Shown here: piece by piece, positions 52,501 to 64,000 of the stretch | Layout: each line of letters starts with the position of its first letter | Numbering within the stretch: the stretch's first letter is position 1 | Made by a program: the position numbers and the translations under genes | NCBI RefSeq assembly: GCF_009914755.1 | Contig: NC_060928.1 | Reading direction: 5' to 3' (one strand) | Origin: the human T2T-CHM13v2.0 reference genome, Homo sapiens | DNA length: 64,000 nt | The notes under the pieces: model-generated | The model's database searches: none | What the model was told of the DNA's origin: nothing | The model's input: the letters and a program-made list of their open reading frames with translations, nothing else

Positions 52501-52844
52501 GGCTACACCAGCTGTCCTTCAAGGGCAGCAATATGCATTACATCTATCAACACTAAGCCTAGGAATCGCTAACCACAGCTGCTGATTAGAGAGCATTTTA
52601 CTTTATCAGAGAACCAACAAACTGCTCTTGAAAGGAAGGAATTACTTACAGGTGCATCTGGGAAAGACGGGAAAGAGGTGGGTCACAGGCCTTCAGATGT
52701 AAGCACCTGTTATTGGGAGGACGGCTCATTGCACATGGGTCTCCCACAGTTCAGATGGGACGTTGGCAGAAGCTGGAAGTACAGAGTGAAAGTCCACCAA
52801 AGCATTCTGGCTTCTCTTATTGCAACTATGAATAATGATTATTT

Positions 52845-53281
<437 letters not shown>

Positions 53282-53420
53282 CTATGGGTCTAGCATTTTC
53301 TACACGTGGATGTTTCTACCAGTGTACTCGCCTGTTAGCTGACTAATTGCATTTCCTGGTCATTCCTCTTTCTGAATTGATTTCTGACATTATGGCATAT
53401 CTTTAATTTCCACCTTCTAA

Positions 53421-53792
<372 letters not shown>

Positions 53793-54281
53793 TAATCAAA
53801 CCTCATAGTAATAAACAGACAGCCTGGTTTCCCAGCCAACAAAGATGCATGCATTTGACGGCTTTTGAATATTAATGTTGTTGAACACCTCCTGGGGCTA
53901 ATCGACACAGGCACAGAAGACTTCTCCAGGCTCTTCAGTACAATTCCGAAGGTCTACATGTCCTTCATTAGCATCCTGCAAGACTTTCAGAATGTTGTAT
54001 GAAGATGAATCTTTATTTACAAAATAAGCTTTGAAGTGATTTGAAGAATATGTGAAGAGCTTCTTCTGAGCCAAGTATTCAAGGTATTTGCTTCTTGGAT
54101 CCAAGGATGTCATTCATGTGGGGTGCTTAAGTCTCAAGTTTCCTTACATCTCAGGAAAAGTGAGTGGAATACTTTCCTAAATTCATTCCTTCATGGATGT
54201 TGTGCCGGAGAGTCACAACTGCCTCTGCACATTGTGTATGACTGATTTCCTGATACTGATTTTCTTTTAAGAAAAATCCTA

Positions 54282-54775
<494 letters not shown>

Positions 54776-55426
54776 CCAAATTCTTCCACCTTCCATTCCA
54801 AATGCCTAATACTGCGTAGGTCTGCTGCTATTTACATACGCAGGAGATAAAAGACAACAGCAATGAACTTGTATTGATGAGCTCTAATTAATCCTAAAAT
54901 GCTGGTTTATCTTCTTTGATACTGTAACTGGCAGGATAAAGTCCTTCTTTCTCCACAAGGCAAGGATTGCGGAGAAAGCTGGTGCTTATTCAAGAACTCA
55001 AGAGGGTCCCGACAAGCAAAAAACTGTTGTCGACGGTCACTTGAGAGTTCTCTTTGTTTTGCTTATTCTTTTGGGTTTTGTTTTTCTTCTGAAACTGTAT
55101 TACTAGTTCGGTGCCAAGAGCTTTTCACAACTAAGTTTTTGTTCCATGTTTCTCCCTTCCCCTGAAGTAGCTTTCATCATTCATTTATTCTTTCTTTCTT
55201 TCATGTATGTTCTCATCAATGTTTCTCATGATGCACCGACTCCTTCCCAGGCACAGGAATAAAACAGTTACAGTCTCTGATCGCAGAGTCATGGTTTTGT
55301 GGAGAGCGAGGGCAAAGAGGCAAGACCTGGGCTTGACACAATGCAGCCATTAGGTTTGGTAAATATTTGGTTAATATCATCCGTGTCCAAAACTAATGTA
55401 AAACCTGATAGCTTTGCTGCTTCTAG

Positions 55427-55758
<332 letters not shown>

Positions 55759-56521
55759 TATTTAATCTTTATGTTTGCTTCTCAATATCATGAGAATCCT
55801 GTCAGACTCTTGTTAGAGAATGAAATTAATTAAAAACATGGAGTTTTAAGAATCCTTAGGGAATCTTCAGGCAAAAAAATAAAATTTGTTTTTTACAGTA
55901 GTGGTTTCACCCTTGCTCTCTAAGTGGTACCTATAATTCGCATTAGAACTTGTAGCCAACCATCGTCTAAACTGAGTATCTCTTGTTAATGGAAGTAGCA
56001 TATCTGCGTCTCAAGTGGTAATTGAATGAAGAAAAGCACACACTTGATTCTATGAAATTCTATGAAAAAGTTTTCAAAAAATAAAGCATATCGTTTAAAT
56101 TAAGGGAACTCTATGAGGATTGAATTTTTGAGTAGATTAAATGTTGCCTGGGGAAATTAATGAAGAATATATCACAGGAAGAAATCCTGCTTTGGGAAGT
56201 CGGCCCCAATTTACATCGTCTGTTTCCGGTTACCCCCTCATGGAACTGACCTGGGGCAGGTGATAACTGACCCTGCCTCCAGGTGTTCATTCGCCTGTTC
56301 GCAAATCCCTAGAGGAATATCCAGGGCACCCATGGATCCAGTGGCCTCTCCCACATAACGATGAGTGTGATAATATGTTACCTTTGAGTTATTTCTGGTA
56401 TTTTCACTTATACATGAACCTCTTCATTGACTATAAATTCTTTAAGGACAGGGACAGCAACGTTGGTCTATTTTATACCTCACTTAATAAATTTCAAAAA
56501 GCCGACTGAAAACAAGGCTAG

Positions 56522-56860
<339 letters not shown>

Positions 56861-58131
56861 TCAATATTCAGAAAAATGATTTTACATTTAACGTATGCTT
56901 TTTTTTTCTTATTTTCAACCTTTTTCTTTCTTCCAAATCTCAGGAATTCGTTAAACTTTATTATTTATGAGCTTAAGTCAAACTTTTACCAGCTCAGCTA
57001 TAAAAAATACTGAATAATAACTTAATTAAAAGCTTGAAAACATTTTAGAAAATCATGACAGATGGCAACTATTCCACAGTTAAGGGGCATTTTAAAATCA
57101 CTGACGAGATATAGCACTGGAAATAGTTTGCAACTTCGATCAATTCTCTTTTTATTTGCTTAAAAGTGGGTGTCAGACTCATTATAATGCTTTTAGAAGG
57201 TTGGTAATAATTGATATTTGATTGTAAAAAAAACCTTGTAAGCAATCTCATTTTATTCAGAAAACAATAATTGTCTGGAAATTCAATTTAATGCTATGAT
57301 TATAGTCAGAATGCTTTATTTGAAATTGCAGACTCAATAGAAATTAAGATTTCACTTTCATACACTCATTATTTTTTTCTTTAAAAACAAAAGAAAAGCT
57401 TTCCCCAAATATATGAAGCTATTACAGAAGAGAAGGGGGTAATCAATTTCTAATATATAACGCCATGGCAATGAAATGAACTATAATTTAAATAAAAGCA
57501 TCTTCTGTTAGGTCAGCAAAAATGCAAAGAAAGCATTTTACTAGCATCCCATTTCTCTCACAGTCAGAAAGATGAGACTAATGAACAGACTATAAAGGTT
57601 AATAACAATCTCATTTTGTTCTATTTATTCTCTCAAAACATATTGCCATATTTTTACAAAGTCTTCTTACCCCTTGAAAAAACAATTTCAAAGTAACTTT
57701 AGGAAGTCAATCAATTTCTCCAGACAAGAAAATTGTATGTTTGGTTAAAAAAAAGCACTTCATACCTTGGATTAATTTGGTTCGATTTGTAACTCTGAAG
57801 AGCACATGCCACTTACCTTTCATAATCTCTGAACCTCAGTTCACAATCTGAAGAAGTTTAGAGTGTCAGACCAATAGCACATGTGACTACAGTGGGGTGA
57901 TTACTGAAGTGAGCGAGATCACCCAGGAGCTCGTGTGCAATGCATTTTAGAGGTTCGTTCATTTTTGGCAGAGATAAGAGGTCACAGTCTTTTTAATACA
58001 CATTTTTTGTGGCTTCTCTAACATATTTTCCACAGTGACTATTCCAAGCCTCCTCTCCTCCTCAGTTTTCAATTGCATGTTTCTTCCGTGTTTAGCTTTT
58101 TTATTTGGAAGAATATAAATTATTTATTTAG

Positions 58132-58554
<423 letters not shown>

Positions 58555-58566
58555 TAAACTTGGCTA

Positions 58567-58936
<370 letters not shown>

Positions 58937-59059
58937 GGGCGTAATGGTACCTACTTCACTAGATTGCTGGGAGATGCCTTATAGAAATGCTTAGCAAAAT
59001 GTCTCTATTCAGCTGGTGCAAAATAAAAATCAACATTCGTACTTTTTTTAATGAAAAAG

Positions 59060-59460
59060 TACAAATCTCTGCATTCCTTATTACTCCTTTCTTTTGCATC
59101 TTAAATCTTTCTCCTGCCCCTGGCTTCTTCCTGCGGGCCTTCAGACATACAGCAGCCTTTCTCCATTCTCCCAACAACCTGCCCCTCATTTGATTCTCTG
59201 ATCTGATCAAAAGCCGCCATCCTATCTTGCTGCGTTCCTTCTCTGGCATGTCAACAGCCACTGCCTCCATTTCTTCCTCCTTGTTCTCTATTCATTCACT
59301 GCAATGTATCCTCTTTCCACGGAACTCCTCAGAAACTGCACTTTCAAAGATTTCTAACAATCTATTAAATGTCACATTAAATGACCTTTTCTCTGTCCTC
59401 TGACTATTTAATATCTGCAGAAGGGTTATACTCATACCTTCTGGGAGCAATCTTCTTTCT
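59060..59460 (+). mobile_element. L2 fragment
   Basis: ATTCACTGCAAT...AAACTGCACTTTCAAAGAT...TCTGTCCTC. Confidence 0.5.
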
Positions 59461-60522
59461 TGATGAATGTGGCTCTCGTTGGAATTTGTGGTTATTCCAG
59501 ACGATGCAAAATATATATATATATATTTATATATATTTATATCTATATTATATATAGATATATCATGACAATAGCAATTTCTGTCAAAAAATGTTTTCGG
59601 GGAGAAAGTGAGCATGCATTTTAGTACAGACTATGTACTGGCTTGGTAATGTCAGTTATTAGATGATTTAAATCCTCAAATTAAACTCTAATTATCAAAG
59701 TAGCAAGTACATTTTCTCTAGGAAATTACACAATAGAGCAGTGGATAGAGGTTTTTTTATTTTGTTTTGTTTTGTTTTTAAACTTCACCTCTTCTTCTAG
59801 TCTTGCCATATAGCCTCGATTCATCAAATAAAATACTCAGGTCAAGAAATGTGAAACTCTGAGCTTGGCTTGGCCATAAAACTTTTCTTCTCCCAGATCA
59901 GGGCTGCTGCAGGCTGGAAGTGTGCTCTGTGAAAGGGGAGTCTGCTTGTCCCCTCCACATCTTTGCCTTGTGCATTTCTTCCTCTCTTCCTTAGCGAACC
60001 GGAGCTTCAGCTGGTGCAGCACAGGTGGAAAGGTGGGCAAAGTGGGAGAGGCCAGACCTGACCAGCACCGAGTCAGCAGCACAGAAACGCTCCCCAGTGC
60101 CATCACCACTTGTCAGCCATTCCCTTTCCCTCTACATCTTCTGGGCTAGCTCCAGGCCCCAGGCCACCAGCAACTCAACTAAAAAGCTTGCAACTAAAAG
60201 CAAGCTCTCCATTGGCCCCCTTGCAGCCGGCCCTCTCTCTCCAATCTAGAGGACAGGAGGAGGGGGCACTGCCCTCCCCAGGGAATGACTTGGGGTTGGT
60301 AACTCAGGGATGCTCTCTAAAGAAATAACGGCACGGATAGTCTCCTCCTTCCTGCTCAGATCTCTGAATGTCCTTGGCCCGATTGAAGAGTCCAATAGCT
60401 GTGGAGATGGTGCTCAAAAACTCCCTTTGAATATCTGCACACATTGACATAGGATCTCACTTGGGAGCACCAACATAATTGCCTTTTGGTACCTAGCAAA
60501 TCATTACTTTAGAAACCTGTAG

Positions 60523-60958
60523 CACATACTCACATGCATATACTCACATACACACACTCACATACATATACTCACATGCACATACTCACATACATACACT
60601 CACATACACACACTCACATACACACACTCACATACACACACTCACATACACGTACTCACATACATACACTCACATACACACACATACATACACTCACATG
60701 CACACACTCATACATACACTCACATACACACACTCACATACATACACTCACATACACACATACATACACTCACATGCACACACTCATACACTCACACACA
60801 CTCACATATATACACTCACATACATGTACTCACATACATACACTCACATACATATACTCACATGCACACACTCATACATACACTCACCTACACACACTCA
60901 CATACATATACTCACATACACACACTCACACTCACATACACGTACTCACATACATATA
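60523..60958. repeat. CA-rich complex repeat (CTCACATACA-type units)
   Basis: Direct reading. Confidence 0.95.
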
Positions 60959-60981
60959 TTGTGGACATCTTTTCATCTTAG

Positions 60982-61297
<316 letters not shown>

Positions 61298-61699
61298 TCT
61301 TCTTAACTTTTTGTAAGGGAGGATACTGGGTCTCAGAGATGTTAAGGATCTTGCTTAAGTATATACAACTAGAGAAATTTGTAAAAGTGGGATTTAACCC
61401 TATGTCTGCCTGATGTCAAAGCCCATGTCTATATCCTAACTGTGTATCTCTTTCCTACATTTATGTAGTATCTCCCAGCTTCTCAAAAATTGCCCCAACC
61501 TCCTAGGCAGTGTAGATTTAGGTAAAGCTTACAATTTTTGTTTAAATGTTACTGTGTCTCCAGGGCAGGGCCGTGAATGTTGACACATTCACAGAAAGTA
61601 TGTAAACCCAGCTAGTTACAAGTATGTCGCCTACACACATAGGAAAGAAGCGTGAACAGACCGGGCTTCTGCCCAGGAGAGGTTGTGGACCTCTGAGTT

Positions 61700-61990
61700 T
61701 CTTATTCATTCATTTCTTCAATTATCCAGTGAAGGGAACTGAGCACTCTGCCATAGTAATGAACAAGAAAGACAAAGTCTATCATCGTGTTTATTCTTCT
61801 GCTGGGAGAGATGAATACGTACAAGAGAATTCAGGTTGTTACAAAGTTAGATGTCTATAAATCAAGGTAATGGGGGTAATATGTCACTGGGATGTTGAAG
61901 GAATCCTGAGCTCCTGCGTGAGGGGAGCCAAGGAGCTAGTCCTGTGAAAAGTCAAGGGAAGAACCTTGCGGTCAGGAGTGTGTGGGAGCC
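61700..61990 (-). mobile_element. L2 3' fragment
   Basis: ATTCATTCATTT...AATGAACAAGAAAGACAAAGTC. Confidence 0.6.
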
Positions 61991-62138
61991 GCATTGAGAC
62001 TGGATGCACGTGGCCCCACTTAGCAATTGTTGGAAGGTGGGTTCAGGGCTCTGGGTTGCAGGCAGCCCATGGTGGACCCCTGGGCTGGAGCCTCAGAGGG
62101 GGGTGCCTGCATTGGCTTCCATCATTTAAAGCTCCTGA

Positions 62139-62586
<448 letters not shown>

Positions 62587-62747
62587 TCATGTCATACTTC
62601 ACAACAGTTTTCAAGGCCTGATGATCTCCATGTTTCAGATGAAAATCTAATGCTTGAAGCGGGTAGAGGGACAGGCTTTCCTGACTGGATTTCTGATTCT
62701 ACTTGCTTGTAATTTCAGTCATAGTGTCTATAAAGAGACTTACGGAT

Positions 62748-63367
62748 TGTGCCTGGTAGAGTTCTAAGATGGACCCCCAAGACTCGTGGCCCCTGGAACC
62801 TCCTTCCAGTTATTCAGTCAAATACTCATCTAGTTACTGCTGGGAAGGGAGTGTGAAGATATCATTAAGGGTCTAAATAAGTTGATTTTAAGACCGGGAG
62901 ATTATCTACATGGGCCTGACCTAATTACATGAGCCCCCTCTAAAAGAAGAGAATTTTCTCTGGCTGGTCACAGAGAGAAAGTCAGAAACGTCCTCCGGCT
63001 GGTCTGAAAGAGCCAGCATTCACATACACACTGCCCGTGGAGTAGGTCATGTGGTAGGAATGGTACCTGCCTCTGGGGCATAGGAGGCATCCCTGGCTGA
63101 CAGCCAGCAGGAAAATAGGACCCCCATCCCACAGCTGTGGGGAAATGACCCCATCCATGCCAGGGAGGTTGGACCAGGACCTCACGCTCCCGGGGAGTGC
63201 CACACCTGGCCAACACCTGATTTCAGCCTGGTGAGACCGGGAGTAGAAAATCCAACTCCACTGTGCCCGGACTTCTGACCCACAGAAACTGTGAGGGAAC
63301 CGGTTTACATTGTGTAAAGCCACTATTTGTGGTGATTTGTTAAACAGTATTAGAAAATGAAAACACA
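62748..63367 (+). mobile_element. MLT1E-like MaLR LTR
   Basis: TTCTAAGATGGACCCCCAAGA...GGGAGATTATC...GGGCCTGACCTAAT...GACTTCTGACCCACAGAAACTGTGAG...GGTGATTTGTTA. Confidence 0.85.
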
Positions 63368-63703
<336 letters not shown>

Positions 63704-63925
63704 TTATATGAAGAAAACTATTATGGCTTTAAAGAGAGGGTTCGGAAGCAAGTCTTCAACTCAGGAATCAGATGGTCAAATCATCATGTGAAATCACAGT
63801 TAAAATCAGTAATGTGATGGTTTATGGACGGCATGTGGAGCCCATTCTGTATCTTCTTATAACTCCTTTATTACTGCAAATATTTGAAAGCAAATAAAAA
63901 TACTGTATCATAAACAATACCCTTG

Positions 63926-64000
63926 GGCCAGGCTTGGGGACTCACACCTGTAATCCAAGCACTTTGGGAGGCCGAGGTGGGCAGATCACCTAAGGTCAGG
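63926..64000 (+). mobile_element. Alu 5' part, cut by the window edge
   Basis: GGCCAGG...CCTGTAATCC...GGGAGGCCGAGG. Confidence 0.9.

Overview
Primate genomic DNA, probably human or another ape, judged from AluJ/S/Y, LTR12 and L1PA elements. It looks intergenic or intronic. I find no supportable protein-coding gene. Nearly all listed ORFs are Alu-, L1-, LTR- or low-complexity-derived, and the few in unique sequence match nothing I recognise. The window is dominated by interspersed repeats: about 50 Alu insertions (roughly a quarter of the sequence), several solo ERV LTRs (LTR8-like, LTR12, three LTR1-group, two MER39-like, MER65/72-like, MLT1/MLT2), old L1/L2/MIR fragments and Tigger-family DNA transposons (MER47, MER6, MER2). 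There is also a tailless 33-nt U2 snRNA retrocopy. The most notable structures are a 60-bp VNTR with a perfect 180-bp higher-order duplication inside an LTR, an 86-nt L1-derived palindrome, two very close inverted Alu pairs (one apparently gene-converted, one fused), an AluY inserted at an LTR TATA box, and an ~830-bp polypyrimidine tract. I see no evidence for a new biological system. Repeat subfamily names come from recalled consensus sequences and need RepeatMasker/Dfam confirmation, and most boundaries are approximate.
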